From Octopus vulgaris (lineage: Eukaryota), in contig OX597839.1 of assembly GCA_951406725.2 (NCBI GenBank), positions 11,222,001-11,286,000 on the forward strand: DNA of 64,000 nt, read 5' to 3'. Made by a program: the position numbers and the translations under genes. Of the stretch, positions 38,036 through 51,636 are shown in pieces; positions within the stretch are counted from its first letter, which is position 1; each line of letters opens with the position of its first letter. The notes below the pieces were generated by a model. That model was given only the letters and a program-made list of their open reading frames with translations. It searched no databases and was not told the DNA's origin.

Positions 38036-38167
38036 GCCAGTTAACAGAATCATCCCCTAAAGCATGATGGATAAATTTTGTTGTTCAGCCTTAAATCTAA
38101 TTGGGTCCTGATCCCATAGATCTATAGTCTAAGGCATTCCAGCTGTGATGATTCTAACCTTTTTTTG

Positions 38168-38515
38168 TGCAGGTGTAGGTGTGGCTGCCTGATAACAAGT
38201 TTCTTTCCCAATCACATGGTTTTGGGTTCAGTCCCACTGCACAGCACCTTAGGCAAGTGTCCTCTACTAAGGCCCAGGCTGTCAGAAGACTTGTGAGCGG
38301 CTTTGGTAGACAAAAACTGAAAGAAGCCTATTGTGTGTATGTGTGTGTCTGTGTCTGTGCTTGTCTCCCTCCCCCCAATCACTGCTTGATAACTGATGTT
38401 GGTTTGTTTACATCCTCGTGACTTAGTGGTTGTGCAAAAGAGACCAATAAAATAAAAGCTTTAATAAACAAGTAACAGGATCAATTCTTTTGACTGAAAC
38501 CAGTAAAAGATGAAA
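38168..38515 (+). mobile_element. SINE family A, diverged
   Basis: Head GGGTTCAGTCCCACTGC and body alignable. Confidence 0.75.
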
Positions 38516-38624
38516 ATATATATTTAGGATTACCTGGAGACATTGTGTCCTTCCCCTTTCAAAGTGGAAGTGATCTGAGAGTTATTTGCTGAGCTGCTAT
38601 TTCTCATTGATTTCTGAAATTTAA

Positions 38625-38853
38625 TTAACCCTTTCATTACCAGCCCTGGCCAAAACCGGCTCTGGCTCTGAGTTCAAATGTCTTATTTTCATAAGTTTTG
38701 AATTAAAATCTTCCACCAAACCTTAGTCACAATTTATGTTCCTAACACTAGTTTAATGATAACGATGTTATTTTACTAAATTCTTTGTTATATTTAAAGT
38801 AATCGAAAGAAACACACAGCATCTCAAAATAAATAGAGTAACGAAAGGGTTAA
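38625..38853. mobile_element. MITE family E
   Basis: TTAA-CCCTTTCATTAC...GTAACGAAAGGG-TTAA, TTAA at both ends. Confidence 0.9.
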
Positions 38854-39049
38854 AACTGTTTTATCAATGTACTTTGTTGTTTAACTTCCATCCCCTGTCA
38901 GCTGCTCAGCCTTGACTCAGCAAAGCCTATTATCAATTGCATTCAATCTATATCTGTCATGTATTTTTTTGTTTTGCTTTTTTCCATGAATAATGGAAAA
39001 TAACCCCAATGGTGCAATCTGCCTAGCCATTTACACTTTTGCATGCAAT

Positions 39050-39149
39050 CTAACCCTAACCTTAACCCTAAATCCAAACCCTAATCCTAAGCCCAACCCC
39101 AACCCATAACCCTAACTCCAACACTAAACCTGACTCTAAAACCTAACCC
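39050..39149. repeat. Degenerate (CCCTAA)n telomere-like tract
   Basis: About 16 imperfect hexamers, e.g. CTAACCCTAACCTTAACCCTAA. Confidence 0.75.
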
Positions 39150-39849
39150 AGATCTGACTGTCATTGTTTAGTTCTAGGTCAGGCCTGATCAAATAGACTA
39201 ATGATCCAAAGTGTTCCAACCTTGACCATCCCACCTGTTTCTGTATTTCTAAGCTTGCATTGTCCATCTTAATATGTTCCTCTTGTTTTAAAAATGACAG
39301 GATGTATTTGAACGAATTTGGTTGCTATGGCAAGAAGGTTTTTTTTGTTTTTTTAAAAGCTCCCTTCTTAGTAAATTCTTTTAGGATGTTTAAGGCACCT
39401 AGGTTTCTAAGGGCTGGTGGGGAGGTGGGGGTAACCATTAAAGTACTAAGTAGTGTCTTATCTTGCTTCAGTTTGGTAATCAGACAAGAACCAAGAAATG
39501 GGGGGTGAGAGAGGGGGGAGAAAGAAAATCTGGTGTTTATAACATGATACCATGGTAATCCACACTGGTGTTTTGGACAATATATGTCATGAAAACAAGT
39601 GATAACAACACAGGCAACACTACACTACAGATAAACACAGTCTCAATGATATGCCGCCAGTGCCATCAACACCACCACCACTGCCACCACCACCACAACC
39701 ATTACCCTCACCACTATCCTCTTCTACTCTCTCTCTCTGTTTTGCTGTTCTTCACTTCTGGTTTAAACCTTTACTTGTAAATGAAATAAATCATCATCAT
39801 GGAGTGGGATGCATCACCACCAATGATGGGAACCCCAGGACAGAAAGCC

Positions 39850-40018
39850 TTTCTTCTTCTTCTTCTTCTTTGTCTTCTTCATCGTCTTTTTCGTCTTCTT
39901 CATCATCATCATCTTCTTCTTCTCCTCCTCCTCCATCTTCTTTTCCTTCTTCTTCTTCTTCTTCTTCTCCTCCTCCTCCTCCTCGTTTTCATCGTCTTCC
40001 TCCTCCTCCTCCTCCTCT
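39850..40018. repeat. (CTT/CCT/CAT)n trinucleotide tract
   Basis: Direct repeats. Confidence 0.9.
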
Positions 40019-40253
40019 TTTTTTTTTTTTAAGGTTCTGCTTCAAATCCTCATGAGTGAGGTCAACTTTGCCCAGATTATCCTTCTGGGTTGGGGAATCA
40101 ATAAAACAGAGCAACAATCAAGTACAGAGCCTTGATATAACTGCTCCCCACCCACCCTAAACCTCCCTTCTCCATCCTCCCAAAATATATGGCTTTTGTA
40201 CCTGTTGTTTTAGAAATTGCTATAAAAGATTATTTTTCCATCATTAAAAGAGC

Positions 40254-40598
40254 AGTGTGGTTAGGAGTTTGCATCTCAACTGCAAGGCCCCAGGTTCAGT
40301 CCCACTGTGTGGTACCTCCAGCAAGTGACTTCAGTTGTAGCCCTCCACTCACAAGGCTTTGGTAGACAGAAACTGAAAAAAGCCCATTCTGTGTGTGTGT
40401 GTGTTTCTCAGCTCTACCTCATAACTGGTATTGGTTTGTTTATGTCCCTTCTAACTTAGTGGTTCAGCAAAAATGACTGATAGAATAAGTGCCAGGCTTT
40501 TTTTTTAGAAGGAAAACTAAGTACTGTGGTCGATCTGTTCAACTAAAAAACCTTTTGAGGCAGTGAGTGTTCCAGCATGGCCACACACCAATGACTGA
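40254..40598 (+). mobile_element. SINE family A, diverged
   Basis: Head, body and tail motifs in order. Confidence 0.7.
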
Positions 40599-41077
40599 TT
40601 TATGCATAAAGAAATTTTTAAAAAATCACCATCATCATCATCATCAACAATAAGCAAGGAAAGACCTAGTGGCATGGGGTGGTGATGGGTGCTGTGACAG
40701 AATTGGAGGGGGGCACATGCATGCACACACTCTCTCTCACACATACACACGTACGCGCGCGCGCGGCTTCTTTCATTTGCTGTGATGTGTATATAGAACA
40801 ACTGTGGAAATTTGAGAAACTTCTAAATCTTTATCTGTCTACTTGAAACTAGAATGTTCCTGAGGCTTATCACTGGAGTGTTTGATATAAAGTTGTACTG
40901 AACTATTGCAGTAAATTATTTCAAAGCTGTCCCCTTCACTCCTTCCTTCATTCTTCCTTTTTCTTTTTCTACCCCCCTTCCTCTCTCCCTTCTTAACCTC
41001 CTTACTGACTCACACCAACCCTTACACCCATACCTCCTCTCTTTGTACTACTCCTTACATACATGTGTATACCTGTC

Positions 41078-41156
<79 letters not shown>

Positions 41157-41167
41157 GTATGTATATA

Positions 41168-41215
<48 letters not shown>

Positions 41216-41550
41216 TACACACACACACATACATGTGTATTGGTGTATATCTGTGTGTATGTGTGTGTTTATACATTCCATTTAGTGTTTCTCTGTTAAC
41301 TTTCACTTCTGTCTTATCTTCTTATAATAAATAAGTCATCAGATCCATTGCGCAAGTCTTTCTTGGAGTTGCTAACTACCTATTTAGCTATGTTTTGTTT
41401 GTCTACATGTGTTGTGTGTGTGTGCGTATGTGTGTGTGTTGAAGCCCCCCTGAAGAAACAATTCTTACTTTTGTGGCATTCAAAATAAAAATAATTATAC
41501 TCTATATTCAAATGTATTGAATTCTTCATTGGCATAATTTCTTAGTCTTT

Positions 41551-41589
<39 letters not shown>

Positions 41590-41590
<1 letters not shown>

Positions 41591-41910
41591 TGGCACCTTG
41601 GGCAAGTGTCTTCTGCTGTAGCTCCAGGCTTACCAAAGCCTTGTGAATGGATTTAGAAGATGAAACTGAAAGAATACCATCATGTATAATATGTGTGTGT
41701 GTGTGTGTGTATGTGTATCCTACTTCATGTGTTCATCACTCTGTCTAAAGTCATCACTTTCTCTTGCTCTCCTACTCTCCTTTCACAGAAACATACCCGT
41801 TACACTCTGTTGCATTAGGAAGGGCATCCAGCCATAGAAACCTTACCACAACTGAGAAACAGAGTACAACACGGCTCTCTGACTTGTTGGATCCTATCAA
41901 ACTATCCAGC
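41590..41910 (+). mobile_element. SINE A 5' part followed by C-type tail remnant
   Basis: TGGCACCTTGGGCAAGTGTC... then TTAGGAAGGGCATCCAGCCATAGAAAC. Confidence 0.6.
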
Positions 41911-42129
41911 GGATGCCTGCACAGAATAGGGACAGATGGATATTTCAATTCAATGAAATATCCATCTTCCCACCTAGCTACCAACCTCCCAAAACCCACC
42001 CCTCCACCTACCCAATAACCATATATCTGTTTAATGGTCTATCATCTAGAGAAATAGATGATTTGTCTATTCGTCTGTTTCTTTCTTTTTATCTATCTTT
42101 ATCCATCTACAAAGTGTCTCTCTTTGCCT

Positions 42130-42845
<716 letters not shown>

Positions 42846-43114
42846 CCCAGCCATCCACCAGCCATCATAAACCCACCACCTGCCCCCAGAATATAGCAAC
42901 AGTGACCATACTGTCTGTGTTATTACTTGATGTGAAAATATTGATTGCAGCAGATTATCAAATAAACTAAATGTTTTAAATATATCAATTTGTAATTATG
43001 TATGAAGAGTATGATTAACAGAGAAGGAGAGAGAGTATGGTTGGACGAGGAAGAGTTTATGTATGATTAATATGATGCCTGGAGGGTGAGTGAGATAGAG
43101 ATAGACAGATAGAC

Positions 43115-43155
<41 letters not shown>

Positions 43156-43434
43156 ATGTAGGTGGAGAGGAAGGAGTTTGGTTTTGCAATCAGTTCTATT
43201 ACTCCTTTCTCCTCTCATTTCTCACAGATTTGTCTTAAATAAATATTATTTCCATATTCATCTCAGACCCCACATGTAGCCTGAGGGTTCCCCCCCTCCT
43301 TCCCTTTGCTTTTATTTGTTGTTGAGTCGTTTCATAATTGTGTATGCGTATGGTAATGTGACAACACTATTTTATAAATATGCATGCGCACACATATATA
43401 CATATATATATATACATACATATGTATATGTATG

Positions 43435-43508
<74 letters not shown>

Positions 43509-43696
43509 CAGTGCATGTCTGCATGTATTATATGTGTGTGTGTGTATAAAAGCAAAAGACATATCTTTCAGATTATATATAAACACTCACACATATACAC
43601 GAGCTAACTGTAGTCTTTACTCAGATTTCTCTGCACACGAGCCTACATATACACACACAATAATTTAGGCACAAACCTTTGTGTACATACATGTGC

Positions 43697-43729
<33 letters not shown>

Positions 43730-44183
43730 TTATTGGACAGTCTTCATTTAAAACTTCTTGCTGTTTATTTATGTGTGTGTCTGTGTGTCCATGTACATAT
43801 GGCAGTCATATATATGTTAGTATACACATATACAAACAATGATTTATGCACAAGTTTTTCATGTGTCTAACATGTATGTGACCATTCACACATATATCGA
43901 ACAGCATAATATTGGCAAACATTGATTCATACACAAATGTATTGTGTGTGTGTGTGTGTGTGTGAGAGAGAGTGACATGTCATACACACATACACACACA
44001 TTAGACATTAGACATATTCAAACAATAATTAACACATACAAAACACACACACACGCGTGCTCTAGTAGGAGGATATTGACATTGGAATTTGAAGTTAAAC
44101 AGTAGAAACCACAAAATCATTTTATAGAACTAGCAATTTTATTTTCTCCACTTCTAACCCATTTAAATAACAAGTAGTAGTCT

Positions 44184-44521
44184 CTGTTTTAGAAAGCTTC
44201 TGGGCCCTTTTTGCGTGTGTGCTTGATACAATATCATTTGTTGTCGTTGGTTAGCCCCTAATATAGCCCTGCTGACCGTCTCTGCATTTTTTTCTTCTTT
44301 TTTAGAAAGCTTCTGGGCCCTTTTTGCGTGTGTGCTTGATACAATATCATTTGTTGTAGTTGTTTAGCCCCTAATTTAGCCCTGCTGACCGTCTCTGCTT
44401 TTTTTTTCTTCTTTTTAGCCCCTGTTTTAGAAAGCTTCTGGGCCCTTTTTGTGTGTGTGCTTGATACAGTATCATTTGTTGTCGATGTTTAGCCCCTAAT
44501 TTAACCCTGCTGACCGTCTGC
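44184..44521. repeat. ~115-125-bp tandem repeat x3
   Basis: TTTTAGAAAGCTTCTGGGCCCTTTTTG...CCCTGCTGACCGTCT three times. Confidence 0.92.
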
Positions 44522-45337
44522 TTTTTAATTTTTTATTTGGATGTGGTCTACTACCACAACAGCTCCTTTATAGGATCCAGTTAGCTCAAGACATCATCAG
44601 GAGGAACCACGTCCAGTTTCGGCCCCTACTCCTCTACCGTTTTGACATGGCGGGGTCCCCTCTTTCGGAGGTGTCTTCAGCTCTGGTGTTGGGTGCATGT
44701 CTTCTTTCTTCTTCCCTGGCCTTTTAAATTTTTTTTTGGATACAGTATATGAAGGACTACTTTATCAATGGGTGTCCTTTGTTTTTGAGTGGGCCCTTTC
44801 TTTGTCTCATTGTGTTTTGTTGTTCTTTATTTCCAAATTGAGCAGCATTATGACCAAAAGAGTTCCATTTAGAACCAACCATGCTTCTTTGGGGATTATC
44901 TTAATTTCAAAGTCAGTTCCTCTTTCTTTATTGTAAGCTGGTAGTGTGTGATTTGTGGGCAATTTGGCTGCCATTTTTAGCTGTTGAGGAGAGAAAGGCA
45001 CCCTCTCCTTTGTCAATTTAGTATTACACTTTATACATTTGTGTGTGCCTGTTCAAACACTTCCACACAATCTAATACTTGACTGTACTCTACACATGTA
45101 CAGCATCACTGGTTGACAGAAAAACATGATGGTTACTGCTGCAAAGTTTGTGTTCTTTCACTGTCACTGCTGCTAGCAATCTGACATTGATACACACACA
45201 CACATGCACGCACGCACGCGCGCTGCTTGGTTGGCAGTCTTGTTCAGCCATTTCTCTTCTCCTTCCCTCTTCCAGATGTAAATGTTTCCTCGAGAAAAGA
45301 GAGGAAGGAAAATGAATTTGATTCTTGGAGGATTCTT

Positions 45338-45960
<623 letters not shown>

Positions 45961-46416
45961 TATTGGTTGTTGTTATCATCCAACATGTATTTTCTTTGAA
46001 CATATCTTTCCATTTATTTCTTTTATTAAAGCTCCTCTGTGTGTGTGTGTGTGTGTGTGTGTCACAACAGGATGGTGGTACTGGGAGTGTGAGGCATGGT
46101 TTATTTATTGTTAATGCTCTGTTGCCTCACTTGGCAGCAAGGGTATCATATCTTTATAATAAACTTTCTGTCTCCCTATCTACCCCTTCTCCACTTCCTT
46201 TGCTCTTGTTAGTGTTTACTTCCACTAGCAAAAAAAAAAAAAAAACCCCCAAAAATCCCTGCTCCCTGTTCTCCTCCCCCCTTTTCTCTCCTCCCTCCCT
46301 TGTAAATACAGAGGTGTTGTTGGCAACTCTGAGCAAAAGAGAGGTTAGAGAGGTGTATGTGTGAGTGTATATTTATACACACATGCATGTGTGTGTGTAT
46401 ATATATATATATATAT

Positions 46417-46810
46417 CTTTTACTTGTTTCAGTCATTCATTTGTGGCCATGCTGGAGCACGGCCTTGAAGAATTTTAGTAAAATCAATTGACCCTAGTAT
46501 TTTTTTTTTATTATTGCTTTAAGCCTGGTACTTAATCTTTTGGTCTCTTTGGCCTAACTGCTAAGTTATGGAGACATAAACACATCAACACTGGTTGTCA
46601 AGCAGTGATGAGGGACAAACACAGGTATACACACACACACACACACAATAAATTTCTTTCAATTTCTGTCTACCAAATCCACTCACAAGGCTTTGGTTGG
46701 CCCAAGGCTGTCATAGAAAATACTTGCCCAAGGTGCCATGCAATGGGACTGAACATAGATCCATGTAACTGGAAAGCAAACTTCTTACCACACAGCCACT
46801 CCTGTACCTA
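46417..46810 (-). mobile_element. SINE family A
   Basis: Full reverse complement from tail to head. Confidence 0.85.
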
Positions 46811-46932
46811 TATATATATATATACACGTTAAAGACTTGTTTTATTTATATTTCCTGAGCACCATACTAATACAATTGTTTGTTTGTTTTCCACCTGCCT
46901 TCGTCTTTTGTCTATTTTCATAAAGCTTCCCG

Positions 46933-46966
<34 letters not shown>

Positions 46967-47361
46967 CTTTATTGCCCACAAGGGGTTACATGCAATGGGA
47001 CTGAACCCAGATCCATGTAACTGGAAAGCAAACTCCTTACCACACAGCCACTCCTGTACCTACGCTCTTCCTCTTCGACAGAAAGATACACAGAAAAAAC
47101 AAAGAGAGAAACAAAGAGAGAAAAAAAAAATGTGTGTGTGTGTGTGTGTGTGTGTGGTTCAAAAAGGTGAAACAACTGAAAAATTACTCATGGTGTAGAG
47201 TATTATTATGCTGAGACAGATGCATTTTTGATGTTAACTTTGCAGTTTCATAAATGCTAGATCAGCTACAGAACCTTGGTGGATCACACACACAATTGTT
47301 TCTTACCAAGAGTAATGTTGTAGCTATCTCCAGCAGCCCTGTGTCAGAAACCTCTTGAAGA

Positions 47362-47402
<41 letters not shown>

Positions 47403-47721
47403 TTTGTCAGCTAATAACTTCATAGTGAGCCCTGGATTATATTGACACACTTCTCTTTGTGTACATAATATATCCAGTAACAAGCATGAACAAGCCTATG
47501 GTCACAGCTGAAAGAACGCCTTTGCTCTTAGTTTGTGCTCAATCAGCTCTACATTGCAACTAAACAACAGATGTATCTGGTAATATAGCTGTTCACAGCC
47601 TTTAAAAACAAATGGGATGATCACAGCTGGATAACCTTTAGATTGATCTGGTACTAAGCAACAGTAACAGTGTACATGTAACTTTTGAACCAAGGAAGAT
47701 CCATAACATGGCGACCTGATC

Positions 47722-48117
47722 TCTCTCTTTTACTTGTTTCAATCATTTGACTGTGGCCATGCTGGAGCACCGCCTTTAGTCGAGCAAATCGACCCCGGGA
47801 CTTATTCTTTGTAAGCCCAGTACTTATTCTATTAGTCTCTTTTGCCGAACCGCTAAGTGACGGCGACATAAACACACCAGTATCGGTGGTCAAGCAATGC
47901 TAGGGGGACAAACACAGACACACAAGCCCATACACACACATATACATATATACGACAGGCTTCTTTCAGTTTCTGTCTACCAAATCCACTCACAAGGCAT
48001 TGGTCGGCCCCAGGCTATAGCAGAAGACACTTTGCCCAAGATTCCACGCAGTGGGACTGAACCCGGAACCATGTGGTTGGTAAGCAAGCTACTTTCCACA
48101 CAGCCACTCCTGCGCCT
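47722..48117 (-). mobile_element. SINE family A, full length
   Basis: Close match to the 7048 and 8733 copies. Confidence 0.9.
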
Positions 48118-48139
48118 GGGAATAGGAGCCAAATATCTC

Positions 48140-48732
48140 TTAATCCTTTAGCATTTAAACCAGCCATATCCAGTTCAAATACTCTACCTGTTTTATGCTT
48201 AGTGTCCAGACTGGCCTCTCACACATACTCTAAGATATTCTAAAAGTAAGCAATCACTTCATCAGACTTACTTGTACTTGTGGCGACATTCACCCTGGGC
48301 GGGTTGAGTCAGCTTCTTCCACCACCCTCGAGGCAGAAGAAGTTTCGTGGGAATATGTGGATTTCACAAGCGAGCTCTAACAATCCCGCATGTAGAGACA
48401 TCCTGTTTGCTGCAGATTGTCCGCAGACGCAGGGACAGAACGACTGAGGAGCCGCCGGTTGCCAAAACAGACACTCCAGAGCCCCGTCTGCCACGTCGTG
48501 GCCCTAATACCACTCGGTGTCAGACCAATCCGCCTTGGGTGGCCCTACCAGGAACTGAAGTTCCCGACGGCGTAGCTCTGACACTACCCGTTGCCAGCAT
48601 CCCCACCACGGTGAGGAGGGGATGGACTTTAAGGACGCAAAATCTTCAGAATCTTGAAGTTATAAGACAATGCATGATTAATGCAAAATTATATGAATAA
48701 ATAAGCAATAGACAGGTTAATCCGAATGCTGT
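48140..48732. mobile_element. MITE family F, interrupted by an RTE-derived element
   Basis: TTAATCCTTTAGCATTTAAACC...; body resumes at ATCTTGAAGTTATAAG after 48650. Confidence 0.75.
48267..48645 (-). mobile_element. Bipartite non-autonomous RTE derivative (5' end + 3' end, ORF absent)
   Basis: 48267-48335 matches 56324-56392 at 66/69 nt including the (CAAGTA)n end; 48530-48616 resembles the RTE 5'-UTR motif; possible TSD TCAGA. Confidence 0.75.
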
Positions 48733-48980
48733 GAAAAAAAAGGTGGGAAAGGATACATTGGATAATGTAGTCCTAGATAGATGAGCATCCTCCGTATTAT
48801 GAAAGCAGTACATTCTTGAAAATCTGCCATGATGTGTAATTCTGTAATGCAAAAGATTTACTCTGTTGTCTTCCATGGATATCTGTGGAAAAACAAGTTT
48901 CATGTTACAAAATTCTGTGATGGAGCAAGATTTTCAGGACTGCATTCATTTGTGTGTGTGTGTGTGTGTGTGTGCACACA

Positions 48981-49130
48981 TATGAAGGGGTGCTGGAAAG
49001 TTCCTGGCTTTGGGTAAAAGAAAATACAGGAGAATCAGTTAATTATGATTTTATTCAACATATTCCCCTCTTAGATTCACACACCCATTGCAGCGGTACT
49101 TCAGTTTTTCTAAGCCCTGTAAAAGAACTC
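48981..49130 (+). mobile_element. Mariner-like transposon end fragment
   Basis: TA-TGAAGGGGTGCTGGAAAGTTCC start and TTATTCAACATATTCCCC subterminal motif resemble mariner ends; no partner TIR seen. Confidence 0.6.
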
Positions 49131-49597
49131 GCAGCTGGTTCACTTTGAACACAAGTAAGTCAGCTGGAACAGTTCTGGCCCGTGGTGAAACAACAGCAAC
49201 AGAATCAGTAATCAATTTAGTTGTAGAGTAGATTTGTTGTATGAATAAATATTTGAACTGCACAGATTGACGTGATCTATTGAATTTAATATGTATTATG
49301 TATTTCCTTGCTGATCTCATCTGTTGAAAACTTTAGACTTTGTTGTGTACTCTGATGGTATATTGCTGATATCAGAAAAGTCAGTAAGTATAGGACTACA
49401 TAGCTACAGAGAGAGTTTTGGATATTCTTCAAACTTTTTGTAGCTATGTTATTTTGGTACGAGTTAATTGTTTAATTTCCTATCTAAGGTATTACAGTTT
49501 CCTATACACACACACATATACACACACATATAGATTTAATCTTGTGTTCGTTATTTTAGAACAGATAGTTTGTTTTTTTTACCAAACATATTGTGTG

Positions 49598-49633
<36 letters not shown>

Positions 49634-50459
49634 TTTCCATAAATTGTTTGTCAGTAAATGATTCATATATAAACTCTGTGTTGTATAGAGGGCTTACAGC
49701 ACATACACACACACGCACATGCACACACGCACACACACACCCACACACTCCCGCCCTCCCTCTCACCTGATCTATTGCAACAGATTTGATGTACAGGATA
49801 ATTAACCCGTATCTGCCACCTAGGCTGCAGCTGTTGCCTGGCACACACACACACACACATACATACACACACACACATGTACACTCTCATCTCATATGCA
49901 TAAATACAAAATATACTCATACAGACACAGGGACATATACTTGCTGACATACAAAACACATATGTAAACACACAAAAACACAAACATATACACACACATA
50001 TAAACACAAGCATATACACACACATATAAACACAAGCAGACAGACGCAGTCACAAGCATACACACATACAGAGAGAAGCACAAACACAGAAGCGCTGTGA
50101 GTTCCATGCTAAATGGTACCAAGTAGAGCATGACCAAAATTACAGTCATGGCGGTAACTGTACACATTGTGAAACATGTCAATATGTCTTTGTCTCTTTC
50201 ATTTCTTGTAGAAACGAAGAGAAACGGGTTGTGGGTAGAGGTGTATTGCATGTGAGAAGCTGGAGGGTGGGGCAATATGTAGTTCTGAAAGTATGTTTAG
50301 TCTACCTAACTGAAGATCTCTGCTATATTCTTTACTTCATTCTTGGTTAAGTGGTTAAGCATCGGAAAGATAAATCAGTCGTTAAAACACCTGTGCAAAT
50401 ATACGAATAATTTTTCAGAAAATGAATTTGAAAACCTATAAAGAAACACTGTTTCGACC

Positions 50460-50792
50460 CTGTGCTTGATGAGACCTATTAAGTCAAGTACATCAACATC
50501 GAAAATCAATAGAAATTGTAGTTGTGATACCTGTGCCAGTGGCACGTAAACGTAAAAGCACCATCTGTTCATGGCCGTTTGCCAGCTCCGTCTGGCACCC
50601 GTGCAGGTGGCACGTAAAATGCACCCACTACACTCACGGAGTGGTTGGCGTTAGGAAGGGCATCCAGCCGTAGAAACACTGCCAGATCTGACTGGGCCTG
50701 ATGCAGCCTTCCGGCTTCATAGACCCCAGTTGAACCGTCCAACCCATGCTAGCATGGAAAACGGACGCTAAATGATGATGATGATGATGATG
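50460..50792 (+). mobile_element. Retroposon family C
   Basis: Two GGCACGTAAAA units, AGGAAGGGCATCCAGC, (GAT)n tail. Confidence 0.9.
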
Positions 50793-50837
50793 AATGTGGC
50801 TGATGCTAGAAGGGAAACAAAGCCAGCCTTGTCAAGA

Positions 50838-51033
50838 CCAAATATTCTACCTGCTTTATGTTCAAGCCACCCAAGTTCAGCCTCTCACTCCTACCCTTCA
50901 ATAAAATTCTAAAAAGTAAACTGATCATGTCATTGAAATCTTGAAGCCACAAGATAATGTATAATTAATTCAAAACAAGGTGGATAAATATGCATAACAT
51001 TTGACAAGTGTAATCTGAATGTTAAAGGGTTAA
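50838..51033. mobile_element. MITE family F, left end lost
   Basis: Body plus AATGTTAAAGGG-TTAA. Confidence 0.7.
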
Positions 51034-51331
51034 CAGGCTGTTTTAATATGTTAATTCTTACATATTGGTTTAACAGGTTGTTTTAATATGCTAACTCCTA
51101 CAGCCTGGTTTAACAGGCTTAACTCCTATATATTGGTTTAACAAGCTGTTTTAATACCATAACTTTTGCTTGCAATGAAAGAACTTGTCAGCAGCTGTAC
51201 GTATAGCTGAGGTCTATACAAGGTACCATTTCAGTATCCCTTTTATTTATAAGCCAGTGTTTAGCCTACAGTTAGGTCTGGTTGACCAGATTTATCATCA
51301 AAGACATTCCTACCATGACAATCTGTTGGTA

Positions 51332-51636
51332 TGGAGGCACATGGCCTAGTGGTTAGAGCAGCAGACTCACCGTCGAGGGATCGCGGGTTTGAATCTCAGA
51401 CTGGGCGATGTGTTTGTTTATGAGCGAAACACCTTGGCTCCAGCAGAAGGTAATGGCGAACTTCTGCTGACTCTTTCGCCACAATTTTCTCTCACTCTTT
51501 CCTCCTGCATCTTGCAGCTCACCTGCGATAGATCGGCGTCCCGTCCATGTGGTGAACTTATATACCAAGAAACCGGGAAACCGGCCCTTATGAGCCAGGC
51601 ATGGCTCGAGAAGGAACAAAAAAAAAAAAAAGAAGA
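51332..51636 (+). mobile_element. SINE family D (tail type 1) with 12-bp TSD, inserted in a family I copy
   Basis: TSD AATCTGTTGGTA at 51320-51331 and 51637-51648; A-rich end. Confidence 0.92.

Noticed and set aside
48560-48640. HDV-like ribozyme at the RTE mini-element 5' end
   Set aside because: A P1-like pairing (GCGTCCT/GGGATGC) exists, but I found no convincing P2 partner or G-U cleavage-site pair; kept only as a generic structured motif
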